From NCBI RefSeq assembly GCF_033153115.1, contig NW_026889809.1, positions 4,836,001-4,900,000 on the forward strand: a DNA stretch of 64,000 nucleotides, written 5' to 3'. Below the pieces are notes generated by a model, which did no database searches, was not told where the DNA came from, and was given only the letters and a program-made list of their open reading frames with translations. Below are positions 51,991 through 64,000 of this stretch, one piece after another; the stretch's first letter is position 1; each line of letters starts with the position of its first letter. The translations under genes were made by a program, and so were the position numbers. This DNA comes from Saccostrea echinata (taxonomy: Eukaryota).

Positions 51991-52256
51991 CATTTGGGTT
52001 ATATATCAAATATCCTTGCAACTTACGTTATTAATTGCCTATTAATTAAATGGTTATTGCACACTGAAGCATGAGACCAAATGAATGTACCAATAAGCAT
52101 CTCAGACCTGTACTGTTAATTGCGTTTATTCTTTGTCAAAATTAATCACGACTGTTATCAATTAATAAATATGACGAAATGCAAGATGAACAAATACATG
52201 TTGAAAATTGGTCCGAAATAAAAAAAAAAATAACCATACACACACCCTCACACACC

Positions 52257-52288
<32 letters not shown>

Positions 52289-54560
52289 AATTACAACATA
52301 CAATCGGTGAAAGATTTTCTTGCTATAAATCATACTGTCACTTGTTTGGTTTCCCTTTTCCCTTCCGTATTTTTCAGCATAAACTCGTCAGTAATCATTC
52401 ATTAATTGAGGAATCCTCGCTTGTTAAGGACAACCCTAAAGCCAAACTGGAAATTGGATTTCAAGTTTCTCTTACGAGAGGATCACAGAATGTTTATAGC
52501 AAATGCATAGATCAACTTCCTATCAATGCTTAAGGACACTTATTGGGTTGCTAATAAGCTATTTTGATCAGTTTGCCAACGTTCGTTTGCGGGGGGCTTA
52601 GATAACTTTTTGGCTTTAATTTCATCTTAGCAGTTGTCTGTACAATTTTTATTAAATTCCCAGGTATGACTGAGGAAAATGAAGACATTTAAATCAGTAT
52701 GAGTCAAGTATTGGGAGAATTCAAACCTTGGTAATGGATTTAGTTATAAAGTTTACTGCTTAAGGTAGATAGGAATGATGTATTGAATTTGTATTTAAAA
52801 ATATTTGATATGTAATTATGTGATATATTGAATTATCTTTGTCAGTGTTGGTCCCCTTTCAAAGTCATATACTATTTGTTGAAGCTACATTAGCATCATA
52901 TCATTTAATTTCATTCAAGGGTGTAAATGTAATAAAAACAAACTAATATTGAAACGAATATTTAAGAAAAGTCGATAAACTAATACCAACATTATAATAT
53001 ACCTGAAAAAGCACATTGAAGAGTGAGGAGATATCCATCCATGTATTGATTTTATACCTTTGTTCCTGTTCTGGTACTGAATCATTTTTATTTACAGAGA
53101 CTTTGAAATTCGAGAAATGAATAATTTTTTTACCATAACAAAATTTTGAATTATTTGTGAACGTCATATAGATGCTGATTCTTTATCAGGTTTGTTCAGG
53201 GAAGTATTTCAGGTTTGAAAGTTTGTAAAAATATGTTCTGACACTTTTGGACAGGCATTTTTCATTTAGCGTTAATGGCCTCTTGAAAAAAATATGCTTG
53301 GATGAAAAATAACAGGTCATTTCTCCATAAACTACATGATTTATTTTTACCTTTTAACTATTTATTTCACTGAAACACACTTATTTAAAAAGATACTCAT
53401 TATTTGGGATTTATTTCCTCATTTTTTAAAAGTGAAAATAATTCCTTCTTCATCAACGGTTATTCATGAAGATGTTAACCTAGTATATATTCATTCAAAG
53501 AAAACCTATCCAGAAATCTTCTTATGTAAAATATTTCTTTACGTACAGATCATGAGATTTTTAATTTCAAATAGAAAAAAAATGTTTCTTTAAAAAATGA
53601 TGGAATTTGAACATTTAATAATCATCATATATTTAGAATATTATGCTTTAAAAAAGTTTGACTAGAAATTATACACAGGACTATACAGGGTCATTCCGTA
53701 AAAGTAGGTTTTGTATATTTGTCAAATCAGCAAACAAAAATCAACACGTAGCGAGGAAGTTAGTAATCAAGGTTTTAAAAATGTCCTTAAGGAGGTTTGA
53801 TCCTGTTATCAAAAGTCTTAACAATTTTTTGTCAAGTATATTTTTAGTATCTACACACATAGCTTAATTAAAAATTAAAACAAAAATGGGGGTCAATACG
53901 CTTTCTTTGGCGCTTCGGTGCATTTAGTATGACCTTTTTGAATTGTAATTGCGTCTTAAACAAAAATAACTTTTCGAGGTTTTCCCTCCAATATCTTCCA
54001 TCCACATAAATCATAGAACCAAATACATGTACAGTCTTATTTTCTCTTGAAAAGACACATAAAAGAGAAAAAAAACAAAGAAAAAGTTTGAAAGTATTTC
54101 GCATAGTATATTACTTACCCTTTCTGCACTCACAAAATGTCAATATTCTGGCATAAGAAACTGAACAAGCAACAAAATTATTTTAAAGTCTTAAACTTTT
54201 TATGAATTTAAGCAGAATGGTCAAGGTTATCTCATATATTAATAAAATAAAATCAAAAGTTGGGGTCTATGATGTAAATTTTTAGATATAACTAAAAAAG
54301 CGTTAACTTTAAGATGAAATCGGGGCTATTTTTTCCCTTGACTTAAGCAATGTATTTGCTATATCTGTCCCAATATGATGATATTCATAATAATTAATTT
54401 GATAAATAATTTGGGACCAGCATAAAACTTTTCACTGCATAAAATAATTCTGTATGCAATCTGCATGGAAAAAAGGAATTCAAACTAAACAGCAGTATAA
54501 ATACTTTAAACGAAAAAAAATTATAAATTTCTTCTAATTGACCTTCATAGTTCTTCACTT

Positions 54561-55413
54561 AATGTGGCCTTCAACTCGACATTTATTATATATGGACGAC
54601 GTATTATCAATTAACAATAGTTACTTCTATCCCAGTGAGCTTGAAATAATGTAAATCCTGTATGGTACCAATTTTGATGCACCAAATGTGCATTTCGACA
54701 ATTTTGTCTCTTCAGTGATGCTTATACCGAAACTTAGAAATCCGAAATATTTAAATAAGAAAAACTTTGAAGAGCTCAAAAAGGGGTGCCAAAGACTGAA
54801 GCCAAAAAGATACCACCAAGTCTGACACATCTGTTTCATATTTGGATATTTTACAGAAAAAGACTTTAATGGTAACCCAACAAGATTTATGATAAACCCG
54901 ATGACTTCAATTTTTCAATCGTCAACTTCCCTTACTTATGAAGTAATATGCCCTTATCACCTGCATATGGGGTTCTTGTCTTCCAGATGATTCGATACGC
55001 AAGAGCATGCTCTACGTATGAACAATTTCTAAAAGAAGCAAGCTACTGACAAACAAATTGATGAAACAAGGATATCAACAGTCTCGTTTGAAGTCATTTG
55101 GCAAGTATTATGGTCTATACAATAACCTTGTCAGCAAATACAACCTATCATTAAGTCAAATGCTGACTGACGTTTTTCATACTAATTGTTAGGCCATTAT
55201 TTACACACTGAATTGTCGACGAATTTTTCCGTTTTTCTCGATCATGACAATGAGCACACGGCGGGTGTGACCGGTCGACAAGAGATTGTCACTCCTCTAT
55301 GGCACCTGATCACACCTTTGATGTTTTTTGGGGTCCCTGTTTGCTCTGCTTCCGATTTGTATTGTCTAAATGAACTTTGAGCTTGAATACTGGTCGTTAC
55401 CTCCATATTTCAT
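54561..55413 (+). mobile_element. Naiad-type retroelement RT/3' fragment with a nested insertion at ~54650-54803
   Basis: VAFNSTF..YMDDVLSINN, DDFNFSIVNFPYL, IRYARACSTYEQFL; 3' motif at 55261-55340. Confidence 0.85.
54679..54721 (-). ncRNA. Minimal type I hammerhead ribozyme (Penelope pseudo-LTR type)
   Basis: Minus strand: GCAUCA-CUGAAGA-GAC-AAAAUU-GUC-GAAA-UGCACA-UU-UGGUGC. Complete core, stem I GCAUCA/UGGUGC, stem II GAC/GUC, short near-palindromic stem III, AUU cleavage triplet. Confidence 0.8.
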
Positions 55414-55865
55414 TAAAGCTTTTTGTATGGAATTTAATGATAGGTTTTTCAATAAAAATATTAAGATATTATTGCAAATGATAAAAATTATTTGAAACAA
55501 AAGATAAGGATTCCGAGGTTTTCATTCATTGCGTTTCCCAGGTTTCTACACACACTGTAAATCACTTTTTATCATTTTAACGTATATAGCGAACAACGTG
55601 CTCACCAAAATCTCATTCTTGCGTATATTTGTGATAAAAAAGATTATACATGTATATAACAATTAACCAAATTTGTGAGAATTTTCTGGCATAAAAGTCC
55701 TTAATACTAGTATCTACTGACCGAAAATAAGGTTTTGCGAAACTTTTGTGACCAAAAGTGATAAATTTTTCAACATAGTTTTACATCATAGATCATGAAT
55801 TACAATGTACATATATGCAATGTATAAATTGTTTACACAGACATTTCTATTGTACAACGAGAGAG

Positions 55866-56765
55866 CTACAGTTCAGTAGTATTTGTAAATGGTCTTTTAA
55901 AGCTGACCATTCTTCTACCATGTACTCTTTGTTGAAAACTTCCGGTTTTGAGAGAGGAGACATGCGTTCTAATGAGTTGAGATCTGTGCATGCTTCCAGC
56001 ACTTTCATCTGAATAGTCTGCTAAATCTTGATCTTGACGCTTGCAAAAAGAGCAGTATGGCAGTAGTTTCTGGTATTCTCGTTTGAACTTTGACTGAAAG
56101 AAAATTAATATACAGTTGTTTATAAGAAAGTTTTAATGGGGAGAACAATTTTAATGAATTGAACGAATTCAAATCAATGATAATAATTGTCAAATCTAAA
56201 GAAATGAGGCTAATCCAACTGACAGAACAATAAATGCCCTGAATATTCGTCATATTTAATCCAGTATTAAATATAAGTAAAAAAAGAAGAAGAGTTTTAT
56301 CATAATCTTTCGAATGATTAAACCCCAAAACTGGAAGAGAAATAAGAATTTTTATGATATTAATTTTCTTGTAATTAAAATTAAATATTGTGGATTGATT
56401 TCTGCATTACGACGAATTTTGATGAAAACAATAAAAAAAGAATAACAAAAACAACCTTTGATGCAAAATTAGTAAAGTTAGAGTTAACTGGAGGATACAA
56501 GTATCAGATGTCTCTTTATAATGCACAAAGATAAATTCCATTTGCTTTGTAGATCATTTCTTTTGGATGTCCAAACATCACTTAAGCGTTTCCTTATAAT
56601 ATCTCTATTATAAGACTGAATGTAAGCATGATATTGTAGAAAATGAAACAGAACATACCAAAATGAAAACGATACTATTGCTGAAAATGAAATATATGTA
56701 GCACTATCTTAAAATGGAGACGTATTTTTTAAATGTGCTTCATTCATGCAGTTGGTAAAAATTGC

Positions 56766-56854
<89 letters not shown>

Positions 56855-59800
56855 GTAGATTGACAAATGATTACGCAATGGTTTTAATTTCGCTATGTTC
56901 GCGATTTATCATTAAACCCATCGTGAATGCTATAATTAGTTTTTAAAAACGTTTAAATGCTTATACGAAATTTAAATTAATTTCTTGCAACGTGAAATTA
57001 AAACTATCGCGATTGGTACTTTTTGAGAAATCGTGGAATTTTAACACCGTGGAATTAAAACGACTTACAGTATATATCTCCTAGTTAACTGTCCCAAAGC
57101 TGCGTATATCTTGATATTTTAGCGACCATCTAGGGCATTATTAGCGTTGATGTTAAACAATGATATAATAATATTATATAATAATACATTCACAAATATT
57201 TTCATAAAAATTCATAATTATTCCAAAAATCGCTTAACATTGATTACACTAATAATTGATACCCACTTTTATGATTATATCTTTAAATTTGCCGATTGCT
57301 AAAATAACAATTCTACTTCAGTATACTTGTGTGGAGCTGATGATAAATTGTATTTGCTGACAAGGTCTACTTGTGTGGAGAATCATCAGAACAACAAAAT
57401 TCACCCTTTTTTGTGGTTTGTATCACATTGTTAACTTTTCCGCTTCGATCTTAATACCTTCAGTATCCTTAATAGTTTATTATCTTGGATGATTACCTCC
57501 ATCTAAAACAATATTTGTGTATTTGAGCACAAGACTTATAAACGATAGACATATTTTGACAAGTGATTTCCTTATTAATATATCTATAAACATAAATAAA
57601 ATAAAATATAAATATAAATAAAAATAAATATAAAGATTTTGTTGTCTGCGTTGTCTGCATCCCTTTTCATGGATATCTTGTACAAGGGATGCCAAACCAC
57701 CGTCCAAATAAGGATTATTGATTGAGATGTTGTTTTTTTTTTCCTGACTTCCTTGTTGGGTCATTCAAGTTGACAATATGGGGTGGTTGGGTAACAATTT
57801 AGCGATTAGAACCAACCTAAATAGTTTGTTTGATTTACAATCAAATGCCTATTATAAGCCCAATTAGGAATTTCTTCCCTTCTCTTGAATGTAGTTGCAA
57901 AATTAATGATCATTTATTGCTTATTTTCTCTCAAAAGAACGAAAAAATATTGTAGGTTTAATTTAATTGGTTGCCATGACTTTTTGTCATCCCGTTAGAA
58001 ATTTTGAATTTATGAGTTTTATTTAATCATTGAATTATTATTTTTTGAAGGATGTAGTCTGGTAACTGCAATGTTATATGCAAACAAATTGAGCAGAATA
58101 CTTCCTTTGCACACAGTAGGTATAATTGTCACAATTAATGTATGATTAATGTCGATTGAAATATGGTGATAAACTGTGCTGATACAGAGATTTTCGGAGT
58201 TGTGAATTACAAATACACAAAACGTTTGCATAATTGTCATCTAATCTCACCCTATATGCACAGAAAATATTTTACTTTTTAAGATGTATCTAAAAAAGGC
58301 ACGTATGTATATAGTTGTATTTTGTTCCATATTTTTAAACCTTATAGTGGCGTTGATTGTGTTTTGTTCCACCTACTTCTGTTACAAGTGAAATTGATGC
58401 AAAGCATCAAATCGGAAAAATATAAGATACATTCTTCTTGCAAAACTGTTTACTTAGTTTACTTTTCTGTGCATTTTTAAATATACTTTAATATTTCAGT
58501 GAATTGTTAACTATTAATCAAAAGGATAGGATTATATCGTTATCAAGATATTTGTTACAAAATAAAACAAGTATATTATATATCTAACATATATCTAAAA
58601 TAATAAATTGTGAATGTCTTAATGATTTCTGACAAAAGGGACGTACAAACTTTTACATGCTGATACCCTGGATCTTTGTCACGTGATAATGCCGATGTTT
58701 TTCTTTGTCATAGACATGTATATCACAATAAGTAACAACTTTAATAAATCAGTATCTGATGAGGATTGAAAAACAAATTGAAAAAAATACAACCATTTGG
58801 ACTAAGTATTAAGCAATTTTAAATTTTTTATGTATGTTATCAATGAGAAATTAATAGTATTCCATCGAACCAGTGAAAAAATAACGTCTCATTTCCTTAT
58901 GTCACATTTAACACAACCATAAATAGATCGGCCTATCCTGGGACTGACAATATCCTTACAGTGTTCATTGTGTTTTGTTCCACGGTACTTTGATAATCAA
59001 CTTATAGTGGCGTTATTTGTATTTTATTCCACGGTACTTTTATCCCTTTATAACGTCGTTAATTGTATTTTGTTCCAGCGGAGTTAATTGTATTTTGTTC
59101 CATGGTTCTTTTGTTCTCCCTTTATAAAGTCGTTAATTGTGTTTTGTTCCACGGTACATGTACATGTACGATATTGTATATCGGTGTTATTTGATTTTAG
59201 AAAGACTCCAATTTTGTTGTTTTCTTGAATGAAAGGATAGGATGCCTGTATTTCTGTTGTATTGGATTTACGTGAGCAGCTTATATTGATATATCACCAA
59301 TACTGGTGATGTTTCGGTCATAGGTTAAACATTAGACATGGATGTTCTGGATGAGATTTCCATTTAATGAAATTTCTTTTATAATTCCAACAAGTGCATG
59401 CTTTGCCTACTCCACTAAATGTAATGTAAATACAGCATACCATTATAGAGTGTTGTGTGTAATAATTCTTTCAAACAAAATACTGATAATTAATATATTT
59501 AATAATTATTAATTAAACACTGGATATAGATGATTATTGAGTTTTATCAATATTAATAACTATGTATTATCTTTTTTGTCAGCTTATAAATAATATCCAA
59601 ATTGAATCAACAAAAATTGTTGTAGTAGTATATAACTGGTGTAATTGGCGTATTTTTCTTATAAAATATTGATGATTTTCACAAAATCTGGCTGTAATGA
59701 GTTACTTCTCACTCTACAAATGTTTTAAGTATCTCGTTATTAAGAGATCGATATGAAGAGCTTAGGCATTTTGGGCTTTGAAGATTACAACTCTTTTATT

Positions 59801-60345
59801 GTTGATGTTGATACAGAGTTCATTCACAATCATACGAATAAAACTCTAATATGCTAGACGAAGCAAAATTTCTGCGTATGTGCAATTTTATAATTTTTTC
59901 CCCACAAATGAGTTAAGTATTCTGTACTGCGGAAACTGTATTGTTTAGTCTTATCTTGATATTGAGTAGACAGCTGTATATCCGATGAATGACAGAGTTA
60001 CTATATAAATTATATATTATTTGATGCACCAGATGTGCATGTTTATTAAATACTTACATTGAGTAGACCGTAGACAAAAGGATTATAACAAGAGTTGCTC
60101 ATGGCTAGCCAGTTACAGCAGAACCATATTATATGAATATTTTCGTATCTGAAATTTAAAATATCGGTTTCATATTAAGAAAAAATTAGGAGCAAAATCT
60201 AATGAATACAGAAGTATTTTGAGTTTTTGAAAATAAAATCTTACTTGTTTATATCCGGCTCTATCTGAGATGATACTTGGTAGATATGCAAAGGCATCCA
60301 AGATAATACAAATAGGCATACAACGATGATAAGCATTTTCACAAC
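55866..60345 (-). CDS. Leucokinin/tachykinin-type neuropeptide GPCR, 3' part (TM6, TM7, C-tail); upstream exons not found in the window
   Basis: Minus-strand exons 60345-60245 (VVKMLIIVVCLFVLSWMPLHIYQVSSQIEPDIN), 60148-60058 (KYENIHIIWFCCNWLAMSNSCYNPFVYGLLN), 56093-55866 (SKFKREYQKLLPYCSFC...TTEL*). TTTCAG acceptors, GTAAG donors, phases 2 and 0 consistent. WLAMSNSCYNP is typical of tachykinin/leucokinin/RYamide receptors. Confidence 0.9.
56768..56852. repeat. (TA)n microsatellite
   Basis: Direct reading. Confidence 0.95.
58960..59155. repeat. Irregular tandem repeat (TTGTGTTTTGTTCCACGGTAC)
   Basis: About 5 copies, plus a solo copy near 58345-58372. Confidence 0.6.
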
Positions 60346-60367
60346 CTGAAAAAACAAACAATTTAGT

Positions 60368-61716
60368 ATGAAACATGAAGATAACGAACAGTATTATTAT
60401 ATAAAGTCCATTAAAACAATACAAATTGGAAGCAGAACAAACAAGGACCTCTAAAAACATCAGAGATGGAATCAGGTGCCATGGAGGAGTGAACATTCCC
60501 AGCTGACCGGTCACACCCGCCGTGTGTTCCTTGTCATGATGGGGAAATAACGGAAAAATCCGTCGACAATTCAGTGTGTAAATAATGGGCTAACAATCAG
60601 TATGAAAAACGTCAGTCAACGTATGACTTAATTATAGATTGTATTTGCTGACATGACCATTGTATCGACCATAGAACTTATACGAAATGATGACTTTAAA
60701 CGAGACTGTTGATTAGAAATTGTTCATATGTAGAACATGCTCTTGCGATCGAATCAACTGAGAGACCATACACCCCATATGCAGGTGATAAGGGTATATT
60801 GCTGCATTCGTAGGAAATTAACGATTTTGAAAAGTTAAAGTTATTACGTTTATCATAAAGCTTTGTTGTTAGAGTATCATTAACGCCTTCTTTCTTGTGA
60901 ATATCTAATATGAAACATGTGTCAGACTCGGTGGTATCTTTTATTTCGAGCTCACTGGGATATACATCGAGTCGACGAATGAATGGAAGTAACTATTGTA
61001 AATTGATAATACGTCGTCGATATATCTAAATGTCGAGTTGAAGGCCCAGCAAGTGCTTTTTTCTTCTCATGTAGAAGTTTTTTTTAAAATAAATTCTGCT
61101 TCATATAAATTCAAAAATAGGTCTGCTAATGGGGGGGGGGGGGCATAAAAAAGATCCCTCACTGCTCAATGGCCCTAAGTGCCGAGAATAGATCAAAACT
61201 TGCAGCTCTCCACCGGCAAGTGGTGGCGTCTCCATAGGAGTTAAAGGAGAGGGACGTTAAACAAAAAACCAACAAAAAAAGGTAATAAGGGGGCGAAATT
61301 GGCACCCATGGGAATTCCAACAGATTGTTCGAACACCTGATCTCCAAAAACTACATAGATAATGTCAATCAGAAACTCAAGCATCTTTTTAATATCAACT
61401 TCAGAGTACTTGTGTGTACATCAGGATGTTTTTTAAACAAAATAATTTTGCAAATGACCAATGACAAGGTAAGTTCATGTATATTTACGAGTTCCATCTT
61501 TATTGAAAAAGCAGCTGTCTATGATGCCAGAAAGCCTGGATTTTAATTTGTCGTGGGGAATGGTTGTATAAAGTGTTGAAAAATTTTGATGTTATTGATT
61601 TTGGTAAAATTTTGTAATTTCAAATTTTCTAAAAGTTCCTTGCAGTTTTTAAGTATCCACATCTGATTTTCACCACTTCTCGAATATACTGTTGTACAGT
61701 ACTCCTGAAGTTTTCT
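60368..61716 (-). mobile_element. Naiad-type retroelement RT/3' fragment with a nested SINE tail, inside the GPCR intron
   Basis: Collinear with 34534-35740 (YSRSGENQMWILKNCKELLENL, GIPMG, FRYIDD). Confidence 0.85.
61143..61280 (+). mobile_element. 5'-truncated SINE-like tail inserted in the Naiad RT
   Basis: Interrupts the RT between LLADL and GIPMG; ends GGGACGTTAAAC + A-rich tail; flanked by an imperfect TAAT..GGGGGC duplication. Confidence 0.6.
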
Positions 61717-62260
61717 GTAGGATATTCCACACAATAAAAATAATATTAATTTATTAATTATGAAATTAATTTATTTGGGGTATCTTCAAAACATTTGTAC
61801 ATGATATGTATTATTTTCAAGTTTACCAGCCAAAAATTATGTCGTAGAGCGATATCTGCATAGGAAGCAGATTTGGAAAATAGTTTGAAAATACAATACG
61901 GTTGAAAACAGAATACGAGATGATTCTACAGTTTGGGTCCTTTATGGAATTGCAAACGTGATGGAATTCCATATACTTCAGTCAACTGACACTGCTTACT
62001 GCCACTGACAACTGCTTACAGCGAAAACCAAGACACATAAATAATATTTTAGAGAAAGGATCCAAATAATTATTAGTTATCTTTCATTATAACTCATACT
62101 ACATTAATTATATCAATAAGATGATGTTTTACAGGAGGGTAAGGGTAGTTTCTATTTTTGCATCCCTTTATGAAAAAGGAAATCATTGCGTAATTGAAAT
62201 GTCCCTAGTTCAATATATTACAAATTCAATAGCTTATGTTGGTACAGTGATGAGTCCTGC

Positions 62261-62446
62261 AGATTTGACACACTACGTGATGTCGTACTTTAGATTTGAC
62301 ACACTACGTGATGTCGTACTTTAGATTTGACACACTACGTGATGTCGTACTTTAGATTTGACACAGTAGGTTATGCCGTACTTTAGATTTGACACACTAC
62401 GTGATGTCGTACTTTAGATTTGACACAGTAGGTGATGCCGTACTTT
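62261..62446. repeat. 31-bp minisatellite, 6 copies
   Basis: AGATTTGACACACTACGTGATGTCGTACTTT at 62261, 62292, 62323, 62354, 62385, 62416. Confidence 0.9.
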
Positions 62447-62655
62447 ACTTTTCTTGAAAATTAGTGGAATTTGTTTTAAAAATTAATATTGAGGCGAGAA
62501 TATGAGACATTAGCGTCTATGTTTTAGGGAATAATGTTGAGTATACGCAAGTGGTAATTAAAAGGCAGGAGATCATATTTATCGCCAGGATGGGACTGGG
62601 GCCAAAAAAATAATTGATTGAATAAGAAACACTTGGCCCCAAACCTAACATAATG

Positions 62656-63168
62656 AACAAGCATTCTGAGAGTATTGCATTAGCAATACTAGTCCCCTAC
62701 CGGCAAGTGTAATCTGGTTCCTGTTAAGAATTGAAAATGCCATAATTCCGTCAAAAATTAATGAAGCGGGACGAAATGCAAACTTGATCTATAACTAATC
62801 AAGGTAAAGCCACATACCAAAAATCAGCTCAATATCTGAAAGCGTTTAGAAGAAAATTGCGGAAAACCCCTAAAAATTGAAAAGGCCGTAATTCCGTCAA
62901 AAATCAGTGAAGCGGAACGAAATGCAAACTTGATCTGTAACTCATCAAGATACACTCACATACCAAAAATCAGCTCAATATCTGCAAGCGTTTAGGAGAA
63001 AAGTGCGGAAAACCAAGTGGGACAGACTGACAGACAGACAGAGGGACAGACAGACAGACAGACAGACGGACAGGCAGACAGACAGACAGACGGACGGACA
63101 GACGGACGGACAGACTCAGAGGAAACCTATAGTCCCCTCCGGTTTCACCGGTAGGGGACTAATAAAAA
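62656..63168 (-). mobile_element. HINE-like element with two 146-bp units and a (GACA/GACG)n tract
   Basis: Perfect 14-bp inverted repeat TAGTCCCCTACCGG (62690) / CCGGTAGGGGACTA (63148); terminal hairpin AGTATTGC-ATTA-GCAATACT; units start at 62729 and 62875; microsatellite at 63021-63115. Confidence 0.8.
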
Positions 63169-64000
63169 TATACCCGGTATGTCCCAGGCTCATGTGAAAA
63201 AGTGAAATTATTTCCATACATAGAGGGTTTTCAAAATGTTTGTGGACTAGCGCAATAAAATTAAAACCGCTTTTTTAAATCAATGAATTTTTACAAATTT
63301 AGTTAGCATCATCTTTTCTATCTATAGAATAAACCATAAATCATAAGTTTTTTAAATAAATTGTTAATATTTTTGTAAGCAATAGTATGTCCAGGCGGCG
63401 CAACCTCAAATATGACGTTCTTTCTACCAGAGTATTACTGAGAAAAACTCTTTTGATATGAGCAATTGTCATCAAAAAATCCCGTTATTTCAGGCATTTG
63501 ATACGCATTTGACACAATTGTTTCGTAAACTTTGCTATTTTTTACCGAATTCTAGATCTGTAAGTTCTATGAAATTTTATCCGTAATTATTATATGGAGT
63601 GTCCAAACAATCAATTAAGGGCTTGAAAATGACGTCAAAAAGGGGGAGGGTTTCTTTTTCCAACATTCTATAAAGTTTCGCTCCTAGAAAAACTGATATA
63701 GAGCTAAGGAATGTTTAAATGGGCTACAGAAAAATAAAATGCACCCAAAGTACATATGCAATTAATTTTGAATGCCCAAAAAGATTCAGAGAGATGAAAG
63801 ATGCACAGTTAAAGTCGATATGTAATAAGGGTGTCAAAAGTCAGTCACGTCGAAAAGCAACATTGTTCATGTGTGGTAGAAATTGAACTCCAACAAGCTA
63901 AGTATTCTGGCATAATCAAGTAAGGATCTTTCCCTATGTATAGATCCATTTACAATATTAAATGCATTGAAAGCTGTTCATGACATTGTGAAGTCATATA

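Noticed and set aside
52340-54160. Short ORFs and splice-like sites on both strands
   Set aside because: No recognisable protein motifs; frames close quickly.
56853-57070. Possible MITE next to the (TA)n tract
   Set aside because: Only about 5 terminal bases (CTGTA/TACAG) match as an inverted repeat.
59290-59340. Possible second hammerhead on the minus strand (GAAA + ATCACCA/TGGTGAT hairpin)
   Set aside because: No CUGANGA box (reads CTAATGT) and no stem II.
62261-62446. 31-bp direct repeats superficially like a CRISPR array
   Set aside because: Head-to-tail with no unique spacers, no cas genes, eukaryotic context.
56746-63197. ORFs 56746-56946 (YI repeat), 63003-63197 (TDRQ repeat) and 60170-60514
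   Set aside because: Translations of microsatellites or of the Naiad 3' tail. The last overlaps the real GPCR exon in the wrong frame.

Overview
AT-rich, intron-containing animal genomic DNA, most likely a bivalve mollusc (oyster-like, inferred from the repeat families). I assembled exons by hand from splice signals and reading phase. On the + strand: (1) a tandem pair of 6-exon GT10 fucosyltransferase genes of the FUT10/FUT11 type (5586-10467 and 12710-18339), the second with altered conserved motifs and a probable GC-AG first intron; (2) an atypical single-ORF class A GPCR (20393-21403); (3) a 3-exon CHST11/HNK-1ST-type carbohydrate sulfotransferase (27775-30216); (4) a 14-exon germ cell-less (GMCL1) gene with a long Ser/Thr-rich C-terminal extension (37593-50549). 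On the - strand: the last three coding exons (TM6, TM7, C-tail) of a leucokinin/tachykinin-type neuropeptide receptor (55866-60345), which the ORF track does not show. Non-coding space is dense in decayed mobile DNA: about 10 3'-anchored fragments of a Penelope-like (Naiad-type, C-terminal RT) retroelement with a conserved structured 3' end, a nested fragment carrying a minimal type I hammerhead ribozyme, several Helentron/HINE-like elements with ~145-170 bp internal satellites, MITEs, an RTE LINE fragment, a SINE tail, and mini/microsatellites. All homology calls come from recognising motifs, not from database searches. Repeat boundaries are approximate.
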